Shown: positions 38,107 to 45,988 of the stretch, in pieces
How the letters are laid out: each line of letters begins with the position of its first letter
How positions within the stretch are numbered: position 1 is the first letter of the stretch
Assembly (NCBI GenBank): GCA_016934325.1
Contig: JAFGSV010000012.1
Coordinates: forward strand, 44,373-108,372
Direction of reading: 5' to 3'
DNA length: 64,000 bases
Origin: Candidatus Aenigmatarchaeota archaeon
GTDB lineage: Archaea; Aenigmatarchaeota; Aenigmatarchaeia; QMZP01; JAFGSV01
Notes under the pieces: model-generated
The model's database searches: none
What the model saw: the letters and a program-made list of their open reading frames with translations, nothing else
What the model was told of the DNA's origin: nothing
Made by a program: the position numbers and the translations under genes

Positions 38107-38547
38107 ATGAATGCTATGGAAGGAACCAGGAACATGGTGGCGGTCTCATTCGCGCTAATCGTCGTTGCGCTTTACCTCATATCAGCAATCTACATCGTGA
38201 ATCCGTTTCTAAGCAAGAACTTCATAGTACTGGATGATGCCGTTGCCCTGTACATAGACACCCTTGCCTCGGTGGATGAGGGAAGCGCGGTTATCCATGT
38301 CGAGAAGGGTGCGGTGAACAAGCTGGAGATAACTTACCTCAAGAAGGGCGAAGAGGAGGGAATCGAGCATGACGGCTGGTACGCCGTAGCCACTTACAGG
38401 CTGGTTGCCGACAAGACCGAGATAAGCGCGAGCAGGATAAACTCGTACCCTTCCGATGCCCCGGCGAACAGCAACATCTTCTCACCAACCGAGGTATGCA
38501 TAATCAAGGAGAGGGGCTCTGAATATCCGAGGGTGTCGAAATGCTGA
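38107..38547 (+). CDS. Minor pilin-like single-TM protein
   Basis: N-terminal TM followed by a beta-rich head ending VCIIK...VSKC; overlaps the next gene. Confidence 0.68.
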   Translation: MNAMEGTRNMVAVSFALIVVALYLISAIYIVNPFLSKNFIVLDDAVALYIDTLASVDEGSAVIHVEKGAVNKLEITYLKKGEEEGIEHDGWYAVATYRLVADKTEISASRINSYPSDAPANSNIFSPTEVCIIKERGSEYPRVSKC

Positions 38548-39380
38548 AGGGGCAGCTGGACATCGACATAGAGATGATGGGGGGGACCATGATATTCATA
38601 GCGCTGACCCTGATCATGTTCATGGAGATCCTGCTGCCATTGCTGGTCGTTAACTACAACATGGAGACCTCGATGGAGGATATAAGGGCGGTCGAATTCG
38701 CGAACCTCGCAAAGGCAAGGATGATAGATCAGATAGGGGATGGCGAAGGGGACATAGACTATGCAAGGCTCGAGGCCCTGCAGGGAAGCAGTCTTGGTGA
38801 CATCGGCCTGGCATCGAATTACCTTCTCGTGGAGGATCTGATTAAGGGGACCACTTTCGAGTTCGCCGGGAAGAGGGGGAAAACGGAGCATGACGTCTAC
38901 GCCACGCTTTCCAGCCGCTTCCTGCCATCAATCGAGAGCTCCGATATAGTCATGCAGGGCAACAACGAATATTTCGTTCACATATACAGCCTGAGCGAGG
39001 ACGGGAAGAGCATAGCCGTCGACATCCAGGATGCTGGTTCATGCGTCATGTATAGCCAGGGCGATATCAAAGAGAGCCGGTTCAAGGCCGCCGGATGCGA
39101 TGACTTCACGTCCAAACAAGTGGTTGAAGACGGCGCCGAGGCCCTTATCAGGGGGGAGGTCTCGAATGCCATGGACAGCGGCGAAAGCCAATTCGTCAGG
39201 GTGAAGCCAAAGTCGGACATATCAGCCGGCGATATCGTGGTGACAGGTATGAAGCTCGGCAAGAGCTGGGGGTGCAGAGATTCCGGCGATCCTCAGGTCT
39301 GCATCAGGCAGATCGGGGATTTCGTCTTCCCCGCAAGGATACACGTGGAGCTGGCCGAGGGAAGTGATATCGTGGCCTGA
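38541..39380 (+). CDS. Minor pilin-like protein
   Basis: MLKG|QLDIDIEMMGGTMIFIALTLIMFMEILLPLLVV. Confidence 0.72.
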   Translation: MLKGQLDIDIEMMGGTMIFIALTLIMFMEILLPLLVVNYNMETSMEDIRAVEFANLAKARMIDQIGDGEGDIDYARLEALQGSSLGDIGLASNYLLVEDLIKGTTFEFAGKRGKTEHDVYATLSSRFLPSIESSDIVMQGNNEYFVHIYSLSEDGKSIAVDIQDAGSCVMYSQGDIKESRFKAAGCDDFTSKQVVEDGAEALIRGEVSNAMDSGESQFVRVKPKSDISAGDIVVTGMKLGKSWGCRDSGDPQVCIRQIGDFVFPARIHVELAEGSDIVA

Positions 39381-39434
39381 TTTCGATCATGGGCGCTTAC
39401 GGGGGCTATAATCAAAATCAGAGAGGCATAAACG

Positions 39435-39941
39435 ATGAACAGGAAGAAGGCGGCAATCGGGATCTTCGGGATGGTGTTGATAGGGGTAGCCATCCTTGCG
39501 GTCATGTACCTGGTACAGTCAAGCTGGATATCGAAAGGATTCAAGATAAGGGCCGACGCGAGAATATTTGTAGATGTCAATGACGAAAGCAGCAAGATAT
39601 TATCATTGCTGAAATCGAAGACCGGGGATTCGGGCCTCACGGAGATGCTCGCACGCGAGCTCGAGTCAGTCCCTGCGGATTCTGCGGCGGATGAAATCAC
39701 CGAGCTTGCGGACCAGCTGAACATAGCTATAGTTCTGTACGGCGAGAACGGGAAGGAAAAGAAGAGATACGGTAAAAGGGTCCCGCACGAAGAGGATATG
39801 ATACAGATGGAAATAGCGTTGCCCGGCGGGAGAAGCGCCTTGATAGGCATAGCCTCTGATTTCAATACAGGGGATTATGGACAATTCTCAGGCGGGGGTG
39901 GGGGAGGAACAGGAGGCGGAGGTGCCGGAGGCGGCTGGTAG
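39435..39941 (+). CDS. Pilin-like protein with Gly-rich GGGW tail
   Basis: MNRKKA|AIGIFGMVLIGVAILAVMYLV; C-terminus FSGGGGGGTGGGGAGGGW. Confidence 0.72.
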   Translation: MNRKKAAIGIFGMVLIGVAILAVMYLVQSSWISKGFKIRADARIFVDVNDESSKILSLLKSKTGDSGLTEMLARELESVPADSAADEITELADQLNIAIVLYGENGKEKKRYGKRVPHEEDMIQMEIALPGGRSALIGIASDFNTGDYGQFSGGGGGGTGGGGAGGGW

Positions 39942-39967
39942 CCGCCTTATGAGAGGAAGTGTGAATC

Positions 39968-41104
39968 ATGTCATCATCGTTCAACTCGGGGAAAAGCAAG
40001 GGAATGGCGAACATAGTGTACATAATGGGCCTGATAGCGATGTGCAGCATATCACTCGCTCACATCGTCCCTTCCATATCCAGGCAGCCGGAGTCCAACG
40101 TCATTGACATCGCGCTGGAAAACAGGATATTCATGATGCAGGACAGCCTTGAACTGGCAAAGCTTTATCTTGACGATGCGGCGATGTATTCCATCTACCA
40201 GGCAATGCATGACAATGGCGTCAACGGCGGTTTTGAAAGCATGGGTGGCAGCAGCCTGCTGCAATACGAGGGACATAAATACACCGTGTGGTACAACAAC
40301 ATGGACATTGCCCCCGACGAGAGCGACATAACCGACGCTCTCGAGGCCGCAACGAAGGCGAATCTGAAGAAATACACCGAAGATGGCAGCATCAGGGCAT
40401 TCTTCTTCGTACCCATGCCCAGATACAATAGTATAACGGTCACGAATCTGGAAGGCCAAGGGGTAAGGCTGGAGGCTTCCAGCGCTTCCGGCTTATCCCT
40501 GCGAGAGACAGCCGAGAGCGGGGACGTATTGACGGCCGGCCGGAACTCAACGATAGACCTGAGGCTGCCTTCGCCTTACTTCAGCCTTTACGGCATCGCA
40601 AAGGGCTATCACGATGAGCTGGAAGGGAAGCTGCCGGATTGCGAGAAGGCATCGATAGAAATAATGAACGAGGACAAGGGTTGCTGCTCAGCGGATCTGC
40701 ATGTCCTTGACAGCACTGACGGAAGCTGCCTCGTCCGGGTCGAGGTCAAGAGCAAGGAAGGGTTGGTGGTTTGGGACCCCGATGATGAGAAGAGCGTACT
40801 CGCTCCGGTCAGCTTGGTCTTCCTTGAAAGGCTGGGACCGGTCATGGAGAGGTGCATGGAATGCACAGCTTCGGACGGCACATGGTGCATCCAGTCAGAG
40901 AAATGCTCTACGGGAGGGGTAACGAACGACTGTCCCTCCGATTCTGTAATTGCCGGTGCATCCTGCATGGCCCTTGATCAGCTCACCTGCCAGGATTGCA
41001 TCAGCAATGTCTTGCCGGATGGGGGCTGGGCGTGGTGCCCCGATCAGGGCGTGTGCGCCCAGTCTTGTACGGGAGAAACGGTCACGGACATAGACGATTG
41101 CTAG
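39968..41104 (+). CDS. Minor pilin-like protein with C-terminal Cys-rich (PSI-like) repeats
   Basis: KSKG|MANIVYIMGLIAMCSISL; CMEC...TWC.....C and TCQDC...AWC.....C. Confidence 0.72.
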   Translation: MSSSFNSGKSKGMANIVYIMGLIAMCSISLAHIVPSISRQPESNVIDIALENRIFMMQDSLELAKLYLDDAAMYSIYQAMHDNGVNGGFESMGGSSLLQYEGHKYTVWYNNMDIAPDESDITDALEAATKANLKKYTEDGSIRAFFFVPMPRYNSITVTNLEGQGVRLEASSASGLSLRETAESGDVLTAGRNSTIDLRLPSPYFSLYGIAKGYHDELEGKLPDCEKASIEIMNEDKGCCSADLHVLDSTDGSCLVRVEVKSKEGLVVWDPDDEKSVLAPVSLVFLERLGPVMERCMECTASDGTWCIQSEKCSTGGVTNDCPSDSVIAGASCMALDQLTCQDCISNVLPDGGWAWCPDQGVCAQSCTGETVTDIDDC

Positions 41105-41282
41105 ACATAGTCACACCCGTCCTGGTGCCGTATGGGGATCTGCATGCTGATTACATTCAACGAAACATTTAAAAATTAACCGGACAAATAGTTATACTAT
41201 TACCTTTGGTACGGTAATGAGACAACAGCGGAAGGACCAACAGAGCAATACTATAAAATCATAAAATTCGGAGGTGTTAGCA

Positions 41283-41843
41283 ATGGCAGAAGGACAAAGG
41301 GTTCTAAACCAGGTGCTTAAGGACTCTGCAAGGAAGCAGGTGAAGGGCAAGGAAAAGGCCGAGGAGAAGAAGGAAGAGCAGAAGGAAGAGCAGAAGGAAG
41401 CCAAGAGCGAGCTTGAGGCCGAAACCCAGGTACAGGAAGAAGTGACGCAAGAGGACTCCGGGGCACTGGAGAGCCAAGAGGAAAAGCAAGACGAAGCGCC
41501 CAGGCAGGAACCGGCAAGGGAAGGATTCAGGAAGCCCGATTTCAGGAGGCAGCCGGACAAGAAGCCTCGCAGGGGAGCCGCGCCGAACGTCGTATTCGTA
41601 GGAAAGAAACCGACGATGAGCTACGTGCTCGCAGTGGTGACCCAGTTCTCTGACGGCATGGAAAACGTGCACATAAAGGCCAGGGGAAGGAGCATCAGCA
41701 GGGCGGTCGACGTCGCCGAGGTCGTCAGGAACAGGTTCGTCCAGGGGGCCAAGATAGACGTTCAGATAGGCACTGACGAGGTCATAGACGATAACAGCAA
41801 CAAGATAAACGTCTCGACCATCGACATACAGCTTAACAAGTAG
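41283..41843 (+). CDS. albA: DNA/RNA-binding protein Alba with a ~100-aa charged N-terminal extension
   Basis: VFVGKKPTMSYVLAV, IKARGRSISRAVDVAEVVRNRF, NVSTIDI; GGAGGTG SD. Confidence 0.93.
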   Translation: MAEGQRVLNQVLKDSARKQVKGKEKAEEKKEEQKEEQKEAKSELEAETQVQEEVTQEDSGALESQEEKQDEAPRQEPAREGFRKPDFRRQPDKKPRRGAAPNVVFVGKKPTMSYVLAVVTQFSDGMENVHIKARGRSISRAVDVAEVVRNRFVQGAKIDVQIGTDEVIDDNSNKINVSTIDIQLNK

Positions 41844-41844
41844 G

Positions 41845-41897
41845 GCGTGAAGCGATTCGCCAAAGAAGGGGCAGCTTCTCTATTTCTTATTTTATTT
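41845..41897 (+). terminator. Hairpins plus T-rich tract after alba
   Basis: GGCG(T)GAA-GCGA-TTCGCC, AGAAG..CTTCT, then TATTTCTTATTTTATTTTT. Confidence 0.45.
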
Positions 41898-42016
41898 TTG
41901 CCTCCCAGACGCGTCTTCGGCCATGTCCCAAAGGTGGGAAACCAATATGAAATTTTAAGTATCGCTGGGGGAATAGGGAATATATATAATCTTGACCGGG
42001 TATAAAGATATTTGGG

Positions 42017-43267
42017 ATGTTTATGGAGAAATTCAAGATCAAGAGGATAAAGGCAAGGGAGATCCTTGACAGCAGGGGCAATCCCACCGTAGAGGTGGAC
42101 CTGTTCACGGGTCATGGGATGTCCAGGGCGGCCGTGCCGAGCGGGGCCAGCACCGGCAGGCACGAGGCCCTTGAGCTCAGGGACGGTGGCAAGAGGTATC
42201 TCGGCAAGGGGGTCCTGAAGGCCGTAGAGAACGTCAACAGCATAATCGCCCCCCAGCTGCTGGGAAAGGACGTCACCAGGCAGGAGGAGATCGACGAGGA
42301 ACTCGTGGAGCTTGACGGCACGGAGAACAGGTCCAAACTGGGCGCCAACGCCATGCTGGGTGTCAGCATGGCCGCCTGCAAGGCCGCAGCATCGGCGAAG
42401 GGCATGCCGCTCTATAGATACATCGCGTTCCTATCGGAGAACAAGGACCCGAACTTGCCCATACCCTCCCTGAACGTAATAAACGGAGGAGCGCACGCGG
42501 GCAACGCCCTCGATGTGCAGGAGTTCATGATACAGCCATTCGCTGACGAGTTCAGGGAATCGATCCGGATGGCGAGCGAGATATACCACACGCTTAAGGG
42601 CATCCTGAAGAAGAAGTACGGCCCCGACGCCATCAACGTCGGGGATGAGGGAGGGTTCGCCCCGCCGCTGAAGAGCACCGCGGAGGCGATCGAGCTGATA
42701 TTGAAGGCGGTGGACGAGGCCGGTTACCACGGCAAGGTGCAGATAGCCCTGGATTCCGCCGCTAGCGGGTTCTTTGATAAGGGCAAGTACAGGCTTGAAG
42801 GCAAGAGGATCGGTACCGAGCAGCTCGTGGACTGGTACGCTGACCTGGTCGGCAAGTATCCCATAATCTCGCTGGAGGATCCCTGCGATGAGGAGGACTG
42901 GCACGGCTTCGTCTCGCTCACGGAGAAGGTGAGCCCAAAGGTGACCGTCATAGGCGACGACCTGCTGGTGACCAACTTGAAGAGGATACACAAGGCGCTG
43001 GAGCTGGGGGCCTGCAACGGCCTTCTGCTCAAGGTGAACCAGATTGGGACGGTGAGCGAGGCGATAGCCGCAGCGAGGCTCGCCATGGAAAACAAATGGA
43101 AGGTGATGGTTTCGCACAGGTCGGGCGAGACGTGCGACTCCTTCATCGCGGACCTAGTGGTTGGCCTGGGCACGGGGACAATCAAGACGGGCGCCCCGTG
43201 CAGGTCGGAGAGGCTGGCGAAGTACAACCAGCTGCTGAGGATCGAGGAAGAGATGCTGGCAAAGTAG
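42017..43267 (+). CDS. eno: Enolase
   Basis: [69 protein letters not shown]. Confidence 0.98.
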   Translation: MFMEKFKIKRIKAREILDSRGNPTVEVDLFTGHGMSRAAVPSGASTGRHEALELRDGGKRYLGKGVLKAVENVNSIIAPQLLGKDVTRQEEIDEELVELDGTENRSKLGANAMLGVSMAACKAAASAKGMPLYRYIAFLSENKDPNLPIPSLNVINGGAHAGNALDVQEFMIQPFADEFRESIRMASEIYHTLKGILKKKYGPDAINVGDEGGFAPPLKSTAEAIELILKAVDEAGYHGKVQIALDSAASGFFDKGKYRLEGKRIGTEQLVDWYADLVGKYPIISLEDPCDEEDWHGFVSLTEKVSPKVTVIGDDLLVTNLKRIHKALELGACNGLLLKVNQIGTVSEAIAAARLAMENKWKVMVSHRSGETCDSFIADLVVGLGTGTIKTGAPCRSERLAKYNQLLRIEEEMLAK

Positions 43268-43279
43268 GCTGCTGATTTT

Positions 43280-44860
43280 ATGAAACCGAAAAACAGGGTC
43301 ATCCTGATCATCAGGGACGGATGGGGATACAGCGAGAAGGTGAAGGGGAACGCAGTCAGGAACGCGAATGTCCCGAACAATGACAATTACGAGAGGCATT
43401 ATCCCTGGACGACCCTTGAATGCTCAGGGAACGCCGTGGGGCTTCCCGAAGGGACGCAGGGCGGTTCGGAGCCCGGCCACCTGACGATGGGAGCAGGAAG
43501 AATAGTCTGGCAGCCGTACGAGAACATAAACAGGAAAATCAAGGACGGCTCCTTCTTCAAGAACAAGGCACTCCTTAAGGCGATGGAGAACTGCAAGAGG
43601 CACGATTCGAGCCTTCACTTGATGGGGCTCTTCTCAGACCAGGGAGTGCATGGGACCGTGGATCACCTGTACCCTCTTCTTGAAATGGCCAAGAAGCACG
43701 GCCTGAATAAAGTCTGGGTTCACGCATTTCTGGACGGAAGGGACGTCCCCGAGAAGAGCGCCGCCGAGTACATAAAGGAGTTTAACGAGAAATCCAATAA
43801 GATCGGCGTCGGTAGCATCGCGACAATAATCGGCAGGTTCTACGCCATGGACAGGGACAACAACTGGGACAGGACCGAGAAGGCTTACTTTCTGCTGACC
43901 AGGGGGCTGGGCATAGAAGAGATGGACCCCCTGAAGGCTATAAAGCACGCGTATGAGAGGGGCGAGAGATCGCTTGAGGAAGGCAGAGCTGGCGACACGA
44001 CCGATTACTACGTGAGGCCCATAGTAATAGTCCATCAGCACGAGAAGCCCATTGCGACCATAGGCAACCACGATTCGGTAATATTCTGGAATTTCAGGTC
44101 CGACAGGGCAAGGCAGATAACTAGCGCCTTGACCAGCAAGAAATTTGACCACTTCGACAGGGGCAACGGCCATGACATCACCTTCGTGTGCATGAGCGAG
44201 TATGACAAGAGGCTGGCCCTCCCCGTAGCTTTCCCGCAGTCGACGGTCAGGGAGAACCTGGGCAAGGTTCTTTCGGAACACGGGCTGAGGCAGCTCAGAA
44301 TAGCGGAAACCGAGAAGTACGCTCACGTTACTTACTTCTTCAACAGCCAGGTGGAAGCGCCCAATCCGGGGGAGGAAAGGATAATGGTGGATTCCCCCAA
44401 GGTCCCGTCTTATGACAGGAAACCCGAGATGAGCGCTTACGGGATAACGAGCAAGGTCTTGCGTGAGATCGGGAAGAAGAAGTACGATCTCATCGTCATC
44501 AATTTCGCGAATGGCGACCTCGTCGGGCATTCGGGGAAGCTTGATGCCGGGATAAAGGCTTGCGAGGCGGTCGACGAATGCGTCGGCAGGATCGTCAATC
44601 TGGGACTGGAAAATGGTTATGTCGACATAGTCACGGCAGACCACGGCAACGTCGAGATAATGTTCTATCCGAACGGTGAAGTGTGCCCGGCGCATGGAAC
44701 GAACCCGGTCCCCTTTTTCATCGTGAGCCCGCAGGGGGTGCTCGGCAATTTCAAATTGAAGAAGGGCGGGGGGTTGAAGGACGTGGCCCCCACGATTCTA
44801 GAGATAATGGGATTGAAGAAGCCAAAGGAAATGGGTGGCGAAAGCCTGATCACCCGCTGA
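43280..44860 (+). CDS. gpmI: 2,3-BPG-independent phosphoglycerate mutase (GpmI type)
   Basis: DGWG, VGLP.G..G.SE.GH, FLDGRD, GRFYAMDRD, NFRSDRARQ, AETEKYAHVT, N.DLVGH, TADHGN. Confidence 0.96.
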   Translation: MKPKNRVILIIRDGWGYSEKVKGNAVRNANVPNNDNYERHYPWTTLECSGNAVGLPEGTQGGSEPGHLTMGAGRIVWQPYENINRKIKDGSFFKNKALLKAMENCKRHDSSLHLMGLFSDQGVHGTVDHLYPLLEMAKKHGLNKVWVHAFLDGRDVPEKSAAEYIKEFNEKSNKIGVGSIATIIGRFYAMDRDNNWDRTEKAYFLLTRGLGIEEMDPLKAIKHAYERGERSLEEGRAGDTTDYYVRPIVIVHQHEKPIATIGNHDSVIFWNFRSDRARQITSALTSKKFDHFDRGNGHDITFVCMSEYDKRLALPVAFPQSTVRENLGKVLSEHGLRQLRIAETEKYAHVTYFFNSQVEAPNPGEERIMVDSPKVPSYDRKPEMSAYGITSKVLREIGKKKYDLIVINFANGDLVGHSGKLDAGIKACEAVDECVGRIVNLGLENGYVDIVTADHGNVEIMFYPNGEVCPAHGTNPVPFFIVSPQGVLGNFKLKKGGGLKDVAPTILEIMGLKKPKEMGGESLITR

Positions 44861-45254
44861 TTTCTTCGATGTCCTTTATTAGGATTATGTTCGGGGGGTG
44901 ACGTTTCTCCCTGTTGCAGGGCTCGCTGCTCAGCAGCTTGTTCGTCTTCCTAATGAACATGTTCAGGACCCTCGACGTGGCCTTTGCCTCGGGAGACTTG
45001 TGAATTATCTGCTTGACGACACTCGCCTTGCCGGGATAGTTGGGAGTCACGGAAGCGGATAAATCGCCACCCTCCATCACTATTTCAAGATCGGCTCCAA
45101 ACCTGGCGCTGAACCTGACCCCCTCGATCTCGATGCCGTCAATGACCTCTGTCAGGTAATCCGTGTCATCATCCTTGACGCCCCTTTCGGCAAGGTTGCC
45201 GCTCAAGTCTATGGATCCGAAGCAGGCACGGAGCTTTAGCCTTGTGCTTTTCAT
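44850..45254 (-). CDS. Stand-alone fragment resembling the central domain of archaeal ApgM phosphoglycerate mutase
   Basis: RACFGSID..G....R, GGDLSASVT, TSRVLNMFIRKT.KLL...P.N......PPNIILIK resemble the ApgM middle domain; metal-binding termini absent. Confidence 0.6.
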   Translation of the reverse strand: MKSTRLKLRACFGSIDLSGNLAERGVKDDDTDYLTEVIDGIEIEGVRFSARFGADLEIVMEGGDLSASVTPNYPGKASVVKQIIHKSPEAKATSRVLNMFIRKTNKLLSSEPCNREKRHPPNIILIKDIEEISG

Positions 45255-45284
45255 ATATTAAGTATGGCCTGCTGAAACTATTAA

Positions 45285-45617
45285 ATGGACTGGCAGAGGC
45301 TGCTGTTCGATTTCATGATCGGCGGGGGCCTGATTGCCGCCGTCGTTTCCGTCTTCCATTTCGTGAGCCCTCTGATCGGGGGGATCATAGCGGCAGTCCC
45401 CGTCAGGATCGGGATCACGATGTTCCTCGGCGGGATCGCGGAGGGATCAGGATTCGTGCTGGGGATGCTAAGGGGATCCATTCCGGGCAGCTTCGGCGCC
45501 TTCTCCTTCATGTTCGTGCTTTCTAGGGCGACCAGGAGGCTTGGGATCTGGAGGAGCTTCTCCATTGCCACGTTGGTCTGCGTTCTGGTGGTATGCATCG
45601 GTCTGGTGATGCAATGA
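45285..45617 (+). CDS. Small 4-TM membrane protein (DUF3147/GlpM-like), paralog A
   Basis: F.IGGGLIA...SPLIGGIIAAVPVR...MLRGSIPG. Confidence 0.7.
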   Translation: MDWQRLLFDFMIGGGLIAAVVSVFHFVSPLIGGIIAAVPVRIGITMFLGGIAEGSGFVLGMLRGSIPGSFGAFSFMFVLSRATRRLGIWRSFSIATLVCVLVVCIGLVMQ

Positions 45618-45988
45618 ACAATAAAGGTGCCGGGAAATCGAAAGCTCGGATAGCAAGGGAATTCCCCGAGAATTTCGTCATCGGCGGGTTGCTTGTGATG
45701 CTTGCGATATGGGTCGCCAGGGCCTCGACCCCGGCCATAGGCGGGATAATAGCGGCCGTGCCGATCAGGTATGCGGTCACATGGTCGATCGCGGCGGTAC
45801 GCCGGGGTAAGGAATTCGCGGAGGACATGGCGAGGGGCTCGGTCATCGGGATGCCCGGCAACATCACGTTCTCGTTAGCCTTGTTTGCCATGCTTTTGGT
45901 TTCAATCGATTTCCTGACGGCGTTCATCGTGTCCATACTGGCAGGAATAGCGGTGCTTGCCCTGTGCAAGTTTACCTTTCCAGAATGA
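45614..45988 (+). CDS. Small 4-TM membrane protein (DUF3147/GlpM-like), paralog B
   Basis: FVIGGLLV...TPAIGGIIAAVPIR...MARGSVIG; ATGA overlap with paralog A. Confidence 0.7.
   Translation: MNNKGAGKSKARIAREFPENFVIGGLLVMLAIWVARASTPAIGGIIAAVPIRYAVTWSIAAVRRGKEFAEDMARGSVIGMPGNITFSLALFAMLLVSIDFLTAFIVSILAGIAVLALCKFTFPE

Noticed and set aside
41217-41264. 15-codon ORF upstream of alba (MRQQRKDQQSNTIKS)
   Set aside because: Too short and no independent support; probably 5' leader sequence.
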